DNA of 61,978 nt, filler included. It is 11 parts of 11 records of this genome, joined end to end, with 100 filler letters (N's around TTAATTAATTAA, not from the genome) between each part and the next. Parts side by side here need not be neighbours in the genome. Positions count along the whole stretch, not along the records: positions 1 to 5,798 come from SRR31147125_190295; positions 5,899 to 11,010 come from SRR31147125_190327; positions 11,111 to 16,265 come from SRR31147125_190730; 8 more parts are not named here. One strand, written 5' to 3'. Positions 1-12,278 of this stretch are shown here, one piece after another (the stretch's first letter is position 1; every line of letters begins with the position of its first letter). Made by a program: the position numbers and the translations under genes. The notes beneath the pieces are model-generated. The model was given only the letters and a program-made list of their open reading frames with translations. It did no database searches and had not been told where the DNA came from.

Positions 1-3000
1 GTTGCGAAGCCATGGCGAAGGTGGCAGTCTCCATTACAGATGCCTCTTCTCCCGGCAAGGTATTCACCAATTGCGATCGCGAAACAAGAAGCAAGATGTC
101 TTGGAGTTCACCTACCATCTCCTTCACCTTCTCCGAGGACGTATCGTCCTCACCGGGACTTGGACTTGGTTGAGTTCCAGGGGCTGTGGTGGGTTCCGGA
201 GGCGGAGGTGCAGACGAAGAACGAGCTTGTTTGGCGATGGAGGTGATAAGATTGGACGCGGTCTCCCCAATCACAGAGACCGTATGTGCCTCAAGAGCGA
301 CCGGAGCTGATGTCGAAGTCGATGACGTATTGGTGGGGGCAACGATCTTCAACAAGACACCTGTCGCTCGTTTTTGTGAATCCACATCGATGTTCTCGGA
401 TTTGGTGAGCGTCGCAAGCGCGGAAGCCTTTTGGGATACAACGTTAGCGGACTGTTGCTGCCCGGGTGTATCGGAATCGCCGGCGACCACATCGAGCAAA
501 TCGTCGAATAGGGTCTTCCACTTCTCGCCGTCTTCTTGCGTTCCTGATGAAGTCTTGTCGATCAACAAGCTAGCCGTTGATTCCACAAGTTCAAGAGCTT
601 CGGAAATATCACCACGAGCAGCCTTTTCTCGTGCCGCTGTGGTTTTCTCGGTTGCAAATGTATTCACCTCCTCATCGTTTTCCATCTCGGGGATGAAAGA
701 CACCACACTCCTCGTCAGCTTGGTGCTTGCTCCAAAATAGTTTGTAATCGTGAAAACAATGTCAACAACGTTGTCCCCCAAGCGACCTTGCCCCAGAACT
801 GTTGAAAGGACACCTGCAGACGTTATATTTCCACTCAGTGGTTTTTCAACAACTTTCCCCGTCGCCAATGTATTCAGTCGGGCAAAATCAAAGCGGAGAG
901 GTAATTCATCTTCCAATGCCTGCCAGTCAAAGCACTCCAATCGGAACGAATCCTCCATGGCAAGTCCCGAGGATGGGGTCACTGTGCAGTTCCCATCATG
1001 GGGTGGTTTCGTGACTGTAACTCCGAAAAGGCTTCCCCGGATCCAATGGTGTCGGTTGCTTCCAGACGAAACAGATAGGATTGTCCCTCTTGGAGGGTAT
1101 TGCTGTTAAGTACGAAAGAGGGTCCCGCTAAAGGGGTCAATACCACACCAGGAGTGCTCAGATCAAGGATCTCGCCACCTGCCACCACAGACCATTGATA
1201 TTGAATCACTGCTCGAGGATCAAAGGATAGAGCAGAGCCCTTAAGACGAAGAATGTCGTTCGCATTCACCTTCATTGTTTGTTTGGGTACCTGGATGATG
1301 GACACCAGTGGAATACGTTCTTCGACAATTGTTACACCCACGTGGTCTGTGGCCGAGCGACTTCCTTTGCTAAACGTGACATCGAATCGGAAGGAGCCAG
1401 GAGGTAACGTTTCGGCAAGAACGATGAGTGCACTTCCGTCCACAATGAAGTCCGCGGTCAAGTTGTGACACTCCGTAAAATCTAGATTATCCAAACACGT
1501 CCAGGTAACGTCGACGGGTTCATCCGTATCCTCAGGATCAGAAACGACAGCATCAATTGAGAAGGGGCTCGCACGAGAAATCACACGGTCACCTCCTTGA
1601 ATCTCAACACTGAGAGAATCGTATACGACGCTAACTTGCACGTCTACCGTATCAATTGCCTCGGGAGCATCAATGGCAGCAAGGACGGCACGGAAAACAT
1701 AGCCAATATCCACATCCAGACTTCGGGGCGGGAGGGTTAGAATCTCTTCGTTACCAACTGGGACGAAATTTCCATCTGGACCAAGAGGATAGGTACGAAG
1801 CCATTGCACGGATACATCCCAATTGTAGGGTGGAGGATTGGCCACAACCGCCTTGAATTCTAGCCGGCGTGAGCGGAATGCAGTGACCGTAGAAGCGCCA
1901 GCGAGCTCCGCAATTGGAAACGGAACCCGGCAACGAGGGCCACCATAGTTTGGAATACATTCGCACACGGAAGGAAGACCTCCACAGATGAAATTCTGCT
2001 CTACCTCACAGTGACAGGAGCATCCGTCGTGGGAGAGGGTGTTGCCGTCGTCACACTGTTCATTACCAAGCATACGTGCATCCCCACAAATGGGAATGCA
2101 GGGTTGGCCCTCATAGGGACACGTCCACCCTGTTTCCACCTGATTTTGAATGGATTCAGCAACCGCCACACCAGCAACCGCCAACAACACCAGCCGAACA
2201 CACATACCTCACATGTGGATGAACACCCGTCCCCGTTTTCTGTTCCTCCGTCATCGCAAGCTTCCACGCCGACTGCTAGGATTCCATCCCCGCATGTGGA
2301 CTTGCAAACCGACGGTGATCCTTGGCATAGGAATCCGCGCTCAACGGTGCACACGGAGGAACAACCATCCAAGGATTCGGTTCCTCCATCATCGCAGGCT
2401 TCCACAGGATGTGCCACGGCACCATCACCACATGTTGCTAAAGTGTATCAAGTGAGATGAATGAAGAACCGCGGAGTACACTCAGAGACCCCGCACGTAC
2501 CATGGCAAGTTGATGGAGAACCGGTGCACGTCCATCCCGGGGCGATCGTACAACTTGACAAGCAACCGTCGTTGTCATCGACGTTGGCATCGTCGCATTC
2601 CTCAGCTCCCACGGCTACTACGCCATCACCACATCCGGCGGTACAGATAGACGGACTGCCACTGCATGAAAAGCCCGTTTCGACATCACATGTGGCACTG
2701 CATCCGTCTCCCGATTGCGTTCCACCGTCATCACAGCCCTCCAATCCCACAGCTACAATTCCATCTCCACAGACACCAGTACACACAGAAGGTGATCCGG
2801 AACACGAATAGCCAGCTTCAACATAACGACAATCATTACTGCATCCGTCTCGGCTATCCAAATTCCCATCATCACATGCCTCATGCCCTGAAACGATGAA
2901 TCCGTCTCCACAAATCGCTCGGCACTCAGACGGTACTCCGGTACACGACCATCCGTATTCGATCTGGCATGTTTCGGAACAACCAGCTCCGGCTTCCGTA

Positions 3001-5798
3001 CCACCGTCATCGCACTCCTCGGCTCCTATTGCCACCATTCCATCACCACAATTGGCCGTACACACAGAGGGTTCACCCTGACACGTCCATCCCTCTTCAA
3101 CGGTACACATCGCGGAACACCCATCATGCCCGGCCGGTCGTTGCCCATCATCGCATGATTCCAGTTCTTCGATCACACCGTTGCCGCACACGGGACAACT
3201 GCCGAGTTTGCGGCACCCATTCACCGGAGACGGACACCATGAGCATGGATTCTCCTTACATGTGGCGGCCGAAGTGAATTGGGTACAGTCAACAGGAGAG
3301 GGAGACGGTGTTGGCGATCGGGATGCCGATGATGTCGCACTTGGCGTGGATGAAAGTGAAATAGTTGGAGACGGTGTAAGCGAACGCGTTGTGCTGGGTG
3401 TGAGGGTGGGTGTTGCGGTGCGAGTTGTCGTAGCCGTGGCGGATCGAGAAGGGGAAGAGGTTGGCGTCGGCGACGGATTCGTTGTCATGGTTGGTGTTGG
3501 TGTGGCCGTACTTGTGGCAGTGTGACTGGGGGAGCTTGTTGCCGTTCGTGTGGGTGTGAGAGTGCCAGAGCTGCTGGGAGAAGGTGTTGACGTCATCGTG
3601 GCTGTTTGTGTCCCGGAAGGCGTTGCAGATCGGGTAGAACTCGGTGTTGGAGTAATCGAGGAGGAGAGTGATGGCGATGGCGACATGCTCCTCGATGTAC
3701 TGGCACTACTGGATGGAGTCAGGGACGCAGAACTCGTACTTGTAGGCGATGGTGAAAGGGAGGGTGTCGCAGATGCAGATCGCGTTGAGCTTGGCGTAGG
3801 AGTGATTGAAGAGGAGGAGGAGGACGTGGGCGAAACGCTCATGCTGGCACTGCTAGACGAAGTCGGAGACACAGAACTCGTACTTGTAGGCGATGATGAA
3901 AAGGAAGGTGTCGAAGATGCAGAGGGCGTGGTTGAGGACGATGATGATGGGGTTGGTGAGACCGTCCGTGAGGCACTAGGGGACGCAGATGGCGAAGGTG
4001 TGGGCGACGGGGCGTAGGAACCGTTGCAATACGTCTCCCACTTATTCTGACAAGTTCCCGATGATTCACACCAGGTGCATTGGTATCCCATACTGCCGCG
4101 ACAAGCGGATTCACTGCCATAGAAACCACAGTCCTCATCCCATAGATCACCGTGTTGACATGCCAGGGGATCATGAGAGCATCGTCCGTGCCCACAAGGG
4201 TATCCTCCTGCACAAAGTGTACCCGCCGGGCAGGGTTCGAAGAGGGCGGACCGACACATTCCACCTCCACAATCATACGCCCCAGGGCAACGTCCCCCGC
4301 CAGGACACACCTGGTTACTCGGGACACACCCCGCTTCCTTGCATTCAAAAGGATCGGCAACACATGTGAAATCGGGGCATCGATGAGGTGTATCGCCATG
4401 ACAACATCCGGGGTCGGTTGGATTGGTTTCACAGTACTCACGGACCAGGTTGGAGCATGCCAGTATCTCTGCTGCCGTTTTCCATATTGAAACACATGGA
4501 AGGAATATATTACAGAGGTCCACATTCTCAAAGGGGCATATGGGGCCGCAGTAGTGCTCCTGGTCATGACAGAGGCCATATTGCCAGGAACGTGTTGAAT
4601 TCTCAAGACCTGAGAGACATTGCAGAGGATGATCCACACACACATGATGCCCACAAGGAAAACGGCCGGGACACTCCGATCCGGAGGGACAAGGCTCGTA
4701 GAGAGACTCTCTACAGTATCCAAATCCACAGTCGTACCCTCCAAGACAGGCAGACTGCCCGGTACACGTCTGATTTGAGTCCACACACTCACTCGTGATT
4801 TCACATTCGAGGGGATCGTTGAAACAAACGTTCGATCCCGGACAACGATGATCCGAGGGACAACATCCACGGTCCAGCGGATGTTCATCGCAGTATTCCT
4901 GAAGCCATGCCCCACAGTCGGTGGTGTTATCCACAAACGACGCGTTGGGGCACAGGATATCACAGAGAATACAAATCCCAATATCTTCAAACGAACACGA
5001 GGAACCACAGTAATGGACGTCATCCTGTAGACATGTTGCAGGGCCTGTTGCATCGCTGGACTTTGGAGTCAGATGACCCGTCTGACACTTGAGGGGATCA
5101 TCTGAACACATGCCATGACCACAATAGAAGCTACCCGGACACACCGATCCCGGAGGACATGTCTCATTTAACGTGTCACGGCACACCCCGCGACCACAGT
5201 AGAAACGTCCTTTGCAAGGCCCAGATGGGCACGCACCGGCCAGTTCTGGAATACAAGCATCGTCGATACAGTCCGATGTGGAGTTTGCACACCGTCCATT
5301 CCCATCACAGCGAATTTGGTAGGGTTCACAGCATCCTGGATCGTGAGGATAGCTGAGACAGTAGTCCGCAATCATAATCTCCTGGCATAGTTTATGGCCA
5401 TGGCAAACGGAGGCCACCTGGTCACAGAATTCAGTCACGATGAACGGGCACAAGGCATCGAAGCAGATATGATCTCCATCAGCACACTTCCCCTGCGGTG
5501 AGCCGCTGCACGCTTCCCACTCAAACAAACACGATCCATCGCATACATGACATCCAACTGCGTCTGTGCATTCACAGGGGTAGAGTGCGTGACAATCGGG
5601 GGTCGTCTCCTCGCAAGGTTCACATGACTCGTAGTGGAATGCGCACCAGCCCGAAGAACACCAATGACACCTGGGATCGTCTTCACACATCTTATTCGAC
5701 CCATTCAGTGCGTGACAGCTCCAATGAAGAAATCCCGTTTCACAACGAAGTGGATCCTCGGAACACATGTTATCGCCGCAATACCAGGATCCAGGACA
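1..5798 (-). CDS. Eukaryotic polycystin-1/REJ-like giant surface protein, partial at both ends. Domain order: Cys-rich repeats, Ser/Thr/Pro mucin stalk, 8 Myxococcus-type Cys-rich repeats, EGF-like, REJ, start of a GAIN-like region
   Basis: ORFs 2448..5768, 2001..2417 and 979..2205 join through GT-AG introns 2438..2500 and 2140..2207. A homopolymer frameshift at ~1027 continues the frame to position 1 (VTVTKPPHDGNCTVTPSSG...LVNTLPGEEASVMETATF). REJ-like segments include IQGGDRVIS, SDPED and YLFRLEATD. Confidence 0.75.
2140..2207 (-). other. Spliceosomal intron (U2-type GT-AG, 68 nt)
   Basis: GAG|gtatgt...aatcag|GTG; removal restores CSSTCE-VETGWTC, matching the neighbouring repeats. Confidence 0.85.
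2438..2500 (-). other. Spliceosomal intron (U2-type GT-AG, 63 nt)
   Basis: G|gtacgt...ctttag|CA; removal restores TCH-A-TCGDG. Confidence 0.85.
3295..4020 (-). repeat. Ser/Thr/Pro-rich low-complexity mucin-like stalk
   Basis: Translation is mostly S/T/P/A (TPSPSASPSASRT...). Confidence 0.9.
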
Positions 5799-5898
5799 NN
5801 NNNNNNNNNNNNNNNNNNNNNNNNNNNNNNNNNNNNNNNNNNTTAATTAATTAANNNNNNNNNNNNNNNNNNNNNNNNNNNNNNNNNNNNNNNNNNNN
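5799..5898. other. Artificial contig spacer (N-run, TTAATTAATTAA, N-run); recurs at 11011, 16266, 21394, 26644, 32054, 37413, 43148, 48992 and 55116
   Basis: Identical 100-nt unit with stops in all six frames; gene content and composition change abruptly at each one. Confidence 0.98.
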
Positions 5899-8800
5899 AG
5901 TGTCGGATTTGGTGGGTGCAAGAGGTTCAAACAAGACACACAAACCTGCTGAAGTGCCTCGAGACGTTGCACCACAAAGCGGAGTCCCAAGCAATCCGCA
6001 TAGTAGAGAGGGCCACCCCTTAAAAGGATCACATCAACGCGGATGAACAAAGCCAGAGGACAACGTACTTCATGGGAGCGAATCCAGAGAAATTCACCAT
6101 CAAGACATCCAATTCGGCCGCACTCTCAACCATGCTGTCCTGTAAAACCTGTATCCGAGCATTGGCAAGTACCAGAGGAAAGAGGAAAGAGAGGATACGC
6201 ACATAGGCAGCTTCGTTGATCATACCAAAGATGCATCGTTCCATTCCAGCCTCCTTGGAGGGCTACAGATGGGAGGGTTGGTCGTGCACAAGGCTCTCAG
6301 GCGCACCTTAGAAAAGCCTGGTCCCGCCAGAAAGCTCGAGATAGCAGGATTTACACTCTTCTTCGCACCATCGTACCTACACAGCAGACTACAGGTCACA
6401 AAAGAGTCACAATTCAATCCACCGTACGTGTAGAACCCGCCACCTTGTCTCTTTCCATTCAGTCCAATGTCCACGAACTGTATCGTCCGTTGAGGAGAAT
6501 ACGTCACACCTACGTTCCCATCCCACCTGTTCAATAAGTCTTGGGGAGGGATAGCGATCATGATAGGCATAGTGGAGGACTCCGCACACAACAAGCACCA
6601 ATTCGAATCCTGTTAGCATGGAATCGGTGAGTCAGGGAATCAGGGAAGGGCAAACGAACCAAGAAGATCCAGTTGCACGCCGGGAAGGCACAGCATCCCA
6701 AAGTCCGCAAGAGCCCTGCCGCTTTCATTAGATACAAAACATCATAGCATTGCCTTTCGTCGCACTTGTCGACTGCTTCCATACTTCCTATCTCTTCGGC
6801 GAGTTGACAACCCTGTATCGACCCATCACCAACCAAGACAGAAAGGACAGCGATGCACAAACCTCAAGAAGGTAGCGGAATAACACTCGATTCACGACAA
6901 ATCCTTCTCCATCGCCACACACAACGGGAACCTTCCCCAGTTTCAAAGCCACATGACAGGCGGCAGCAACAGCTACCCAATCCCAAATTGGTTGAGTGAG
7001 AGAGGGAGAAACGAGAGAGTACCTTCATCTGAGGTTTGTTTTCCCCGCACAACCTCCACACAGGGCACCTTGTGAGCAGGATTTCCGAAATGAAGTCCCA
7101 CAACACTGTGGAGCAAACGGTCACACGGACTAACCTAACACACACGGACAAACAAACACACCGATGAGGAGTCTTCATCTTTGCAGTAAGTGTACGAATG
7201 GATTGTGATGACGTGTTCGTAGCGATAATGGCATCTGATCCACTCAAGAGAATCAGAGGCGATACACAGTTCCTATCATTTCACGCACTTGGACGGGCCA
7301 CCTTCTCCAACTCGGCAAACGCACGATGCTTGTCTAACAACTTCTCTGGAACTGATTCCACAATGAATTCGGCATTCTTCACATCTGTTGACGGTGGGAC
7401 GCATGCCCAGAGCTCAACGTGTACATACCATCCGGAGCGACGCCCGTCGTCATCAATTGAATATTTGTCTTGGCTTCAGCAAGGGTCTTCCTCCTACTGA
7501 ACACGGCGTCTTCATACAGACTGCCCCGAAGAATACGTTTGTGCGTGTACACACACAGAAACTCTTCTCGCACCGATGGATGGTCGTTTTCGCATCACTC
7601 AGACAGCGATAGTAGATGTCCTTCAAATAGACAGGTATTCCACTAAACCTGCGACACATTCATTCATCCATTGCCTGAGACAGTGATTCAAACACACGAT
7701 AACAGGTATGCGATGCCTCGACCCATCTCGCCAGCCCCGATCACCGCTGTGTACTGGGGGAAATCTGCCGTATGCAAGGAAGATCCAATCCCATCCACAC
7801 AGTACCACACACCCTCTCCGTACCCTGGCTACGTTCACCAAACGGAGCTGCCAATGTGAGAGCTTTGTGTTTTGCATTCTTGTTATTGACAAAGACAGTT
7901 TGGAGTGCCGTGGCTTCGCGACTGGTTCCGAGTTTGATAAGGGCTTCGGCTTCGGCATCAAGGGCCTGATGAAGATAACAATATGAAAAAAAAGAACGTG
8001 TGAGCGTGCTTCTCACCTTCTGGGGCGCATACACACAACTACGGAGAATCGTGTCGACAATAACAAAAGGCGCAGAAAGATTTCCTGTAACTTCTCGGGA
8101 CAGCTGCCTCATTGTGTAGCGATACAGCATCCAACGTCCTGCAGTTATGCGTGAGAAAAGAAGAACACGATTCAATACACACCAATGAAGGTGTGATGAA
8201 GCAGCCATTTTCGGAATCCCATACGTCGTTTCGGTTGATAGTGAGCAGGGGCGCTCAGGATTTCCCGTACGTGTGCGTGTACGGCATTGAAGAATCTAGC
8301 CTCCCTCGTGTCAGAAGATTATAACGCACAACAATCTGGGCACACTCGTAATCGGAAACAGGAAGAAGGTCATCAACAATTCCAGCTTCAATAGCCTTTT
8401 CACCTGTAAGAATTCTGTGTATCGGAGTCACTTGATCGTGCGCGTGCATTCACCGATCCAAACACCGTACCGGCCCGATACGAGAAGCGGAAGAGCATCT
8501 ACGACCCCAAGAAGGCGTACAAGACGCACAGTCTGAGGAGAGGAATCATATATCACAACCATACATGATCGATCTGTCACAAAGCATACGCCTCCTGCAC
8601 CGGGACAGATCCCTAGTTTCACCTCAGGAAGACCACATTTGACAGAAGGAGACGCCAAAGCCACGCGACGACGACACGCCAAGGCCATCTCAAAACCACC
8701 TCCCAGGCACACTCCCTACGGGACGTCATTGGGAGGGACTGACCGATTCATCTCCGTACGTACGCCAAGAGCGGCCACAGTTAACGGGCGTAGGCGTTCA

Positions 8801-9416
8801 ATCCGATCAAACAGAGCTTGGAGGCTGCGCGTAGCAGTTGCCGTCTCTTCCGGTGTGCGAAGCTCATAGAGAAGCACGGCGACATCAGCTCCGGCAATAA
8901 ACGATCGTTTCTTAGCACTCCACAAGACAATCGCCTTTTTGACAAGACGAATCGGTGAGGACCCACACAATCTCATCCCCAGAGACACCAACCCACCTGT
9001 GCATCACGGACGCGCTCCAGTTCCGTTACGATCTGTCTCCTATCTTATTCCAATGCATGCCTATCTAGATGCGACACCTACACCCCAGGGCACACCTGTG
9101 CCAAGTCCTCACACCAACGACGGTCAATGAGATTGACGTCCGCACCGTCCCTGTGTGCGGTTGGTTGGTTCCATGAGGAGGAGAACACGTACGTATACCC
9201 CACGAGCGCACTTGTCAAAGACAACCCAGTAGATGGCGTCCCCTGTGCGCGCGAGCCACATGTGCCGACACCGGAGGATCTCATCGACGTTGGTGTGCTC
9301 TAACGTTGCTCGTGCTGTGTGGAATCAGTGCTGCGAGAGGACGAGGGGGGAGAGGGGAAGAAGAGGGAGGGAGGGAGGGACAGCTCCACCACAGTCCTTT
9401 GCCGCCTACCTGGCAT
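5899..9416 (-). CDS. Enoyl-CoA hydratase/3-hydroxyacyl-CoA dehydrogenase multifunctional enzyme (HADHA/FadJ-like), ~25 short introns, 3' truncated
   Basis: Spliced exons give [71 protein letters not shown] and GGPLYYAD. Confidence 0.85.
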
Positions 9417-9539
9417 GACGAAATGTGCTTCAAAGGATGACCCTCTCCCTCGTATCCACGCACGACACACGACACACGACACACACCGCACACACGACAC
9501 ACACCACACACGCCAAGAGGAGAAAGAGAAAGGAAAGGA

Positions 9540-11010
9540 TCATGGCAGAATTCCATTGGTCATCTTCTGGTAAGTGTCATACTGCCGTGTGAAGAAGTTG
9601 TCACTACTCTGTGCTACAAGATCCTGGGGATAGGATTCAGAGACGGCACAGGAGATCTCGAATCAAACAACCCACCCGCACATATCCACGAATTGCCTTC
9701 TTGGGTGTTCCTCGCTTGGGGATGCGTTGACGAATGGATTCAATTGCCTGAAGTCCTCCTTGGAAGCAAGGAAGCTTGGAATCTAGGGTGGATGGATGTC
9801 AGAAGGGCAGGAGGTACGTCGGATCCTACCATTGTTGAACATCATCTCAATGGTAAGCATGATCTCATCACAGTGACGGCTTAGCGCCACCAGTCCTCTA
9901 TAGGAGGAGTGAGAGGGGGGGGGGGGATCGCGCCGTTGTGGGACGTACTGTGCAAGAAGGGCACGAAAGCGTTTCATCCCACGGCTTTCTTCTTCACCCA
10001 TCACGTCCATCATCTCTCGTGTGAGTTTGAATGGTGCCTTCTCAAATCCAGCACCTCCCGGGGTGTTGGAAATCATGAATCCAAAGTCGATGTGAATAAG
10101 GTGCTGGATCTCCATGAGAGAAAGGAACAGGAAAGGAACAGTGGGCACATGCACGCACTCCCTCGGAATCGATCAGTATGTTTCCATTGTGCCGATCCTT
10201 GATCTGCAGGACAAAGGTTACCAGGGACGAGGCAGCCATGCTTTCAATGAACGCTCTTTTGGCTTGCTTCAAGCGTCGCGTCTTGGCTCCGCCGTACGTC
10301 TGATGGGTGTGAGTGTGTGTGAGTGTGTGTAAGAGAAAGGCATGGCACAATGGATAGACGCGACGCCACGCACCGCCACAAAATAGTCACGAAGGCACGT
10401 GAATCCTTTGATCTTCTTCTTCAGAGAGTGCAAGGAGAGTGCATCAGGAATTGTTTCGATCAATCCAGAGTCTGCTGAGGTGGCAAGAATATGGTAGGGA
10501 CGAAGCCAGAGATGAGATGTGTACTTCATGAAGATTTCCTGAATTTGCCATATGAGCTGGCTGGCAAATTGTTCCTGGGAGGGTCAAAGCAGAAGAGCAT
10601 GAGATCATGCATCATGATACGGGAACGAACTTGACGGAGATCATCTCCTGCTTTCACAATGAGACACATGAGTCGTGAGGGAGGCTGTCAAGGAGAGTCA
10701 TGAGGTTTGGAGGAGGAAAAAAGAGGATATGCCATCCAGGGATCGTGCCGTAGGGAGAAGCAGCCCGAATCCGAGAGACTTTGATGAAAGAAGGGTGTCA
10801 CAACAACAACAACAACAACAACAGAGAAGACAACCTTTCTCCTCCCATCGCTCTCCAAACGCATTGTAGGAGAAATCACGATCTTCCACAAATACCCAGT
10901 CCTAGAATAAGAAAAAGGTTAGGGGTGTGCTCCTTTCTGTGCAGATACGTGCCTGTTCGGCTCCATCATCTCGAAGGAACTCCTCTTCTTCTTCCTCTTC
11001 CTCTTCTTCC
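9540..11010 (-). CDS. PI4KB: Phosphatidylinositol 4-kinase type III beta, C-terminal kinase domain, ~9 introns, 5' truncated
   Basis: Exons encode AFGERWEEK, SPYG..PGWRL..IVKAGDDLRQEQFA, LQIKDRHNGNILID, HIDFGF, FEKAPFKLT and YDTYQKMTNGIL*. Confidence 0.9.
10675..10730 (-). other. U12-type (minor spliceosome) AT-AC intron, 56 nt
   Basis: TGG C|ATATCCTCTTTT...TCCTTGACAGCCTCCCTCAC|GA CTC; splicing restores conserved W-R-L-M-C-L-I-V-K-A-G-D-D-L-R-Q. Confidence 0.88.
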
Positions 11011-11110
11011 NNNNNNNNNNNNNNNNNNNNNNNNNNNNNNNNNNNNNNNNNNNNTTAATTAATTAANNNNNNNNNNNNNNNNNNNNNNNNNNNNNNNNNN
11101 NNNNNNNNNN

Positions 11111-11835
11111 AACCCTGGGCGACATCTTTGCTCAGATCGATCTTCTCGAGTACGGGAATGAGGTAGGACCCTGTCTTGCCGGTCCCATTCTACAACCCAA
11201 TCGAATCTGTCACGCCAATCCATCCCTCCCCACAGTCCATACCTTTGCACGGGCTAGAATGTCTTTCCCTGCAAGTGCGATGGGAATGCTCTCTTCTTGA
11301 ATGGGCGAAGGCTTCTCGTAGCCCTACACGACATCCCCAAAACAAATGTGTGAGGGATCCGGTCGAGCAGCAGAGGAACTAACCTTTTCAAAGATGCCCA
11401 TGAGCAACTCCCTCTTCAGAAAGTAGTCCTCGAAGTCGTTCCCCTTGGTCTTTGTCACATCCGCCGTCTTGGCACGTACATCCGGAGCGGGGATCTGCAC
11501 ACACATGTCACGCACGCACATGTCACGCACACACACACACACACGCCCTCTCTCACCATTAGATTGCGCTTCCACTCAGCATCGTTACCCGCCGACGAGG
11601 AGGGTGTTCTGAAAACCCACGAGAGACATGAGAGGTACAAACAACACGTGTGGGACACGTGGGAAACACTCCTTGTTGAAAACACCTTCACGCACACATA
11701 CGCACACACACACACACACCACAGGGACGGAGAAAGGGGAAAGGGGAAAAGGGAGAGAACAGATAGACGTACACACGCACACACAACACGCACACAACAC
11801 GCACACAACACGCACACAGATGTTTGTGCCGCCAT
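11111..11835 (-). CDS. DDX6: DEAD-box RNA helicase DDX6/Dhh1, N-terminal part, intron-containing, 3' truncated
   Basis: [42 protein letters not shown]...ARAK|NGTGKTG. Confidence 0.92.
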
Positions 11836-12278
11836 GCTCTTCGTGTGAAAGGATATCACCCACGGGAAACGTTGTCTACACCTAGTTCAGAAGAAGAAGG
11901 TTTCCGCCAGAGTATCGAACGAAGGAGATCAAACAAAACAAGACAAGACAGGACTGTGCAACGCAGAACAACTCCACACTACCGAGACAACAGGAATGAC
12001 AAAAAGACACAAGGAAGAAAGGGTTCTTCAGTAAGAACGTGCGACCGCCCCTCAAGAACGAAGAGAACCCATGGAAGACGATCTTGGGGAGTAGGTAGGT
12101 GGGTGGAGACGATGCGAACGTGTCTCTATGCATGCATCTATCCTCTCTTACCCCACATCATGAAGACGCACACGTTTTGTTGGGGTTTCGTCGTCCAGTC
12201 GCCTCCCCTCCCCCTCCCCCTGGTGCGTCCCGCCCCTCACCCCTCACCCCTCGCCTCTCTCTTCTACTTCCCTCGGTG

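Larger units (their letters stand above)
1960..3195 (-). repeat. Eight tandem CGDG-x5/6-ExCDDG Cys-rich repeats (Myxococcus cysteine-rich/DUF4215 type)
   Basis: Directly visible in translation, ~46-aa period. Confidence 0.85.

Noticed and set aside
6154-6203. GTATCCTC inside an intron of the hydratase/dehydrogenase gene
   Set aside because: The GTGCGT donor 4 nt upstream gives the better conserved AAYVLQDS, and no U12 branch site is present
10902-10952. Possible GC-AG intron, or GTATCT-donor intron, in PI4KB
   Set aside because: Ambiguous: two upstream frames are open (E-rich with a GC donor, K/R-rich with a GT donor) and the contig ends
11847-11856. Perfect U12-like donor ATATCCTTTC (minus strand) upstream of DDX6
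   Set aside because: It lies ~20 nt before the likely ATG in a 5' UTR exon, and I found no matching branch site with an AC acceptor
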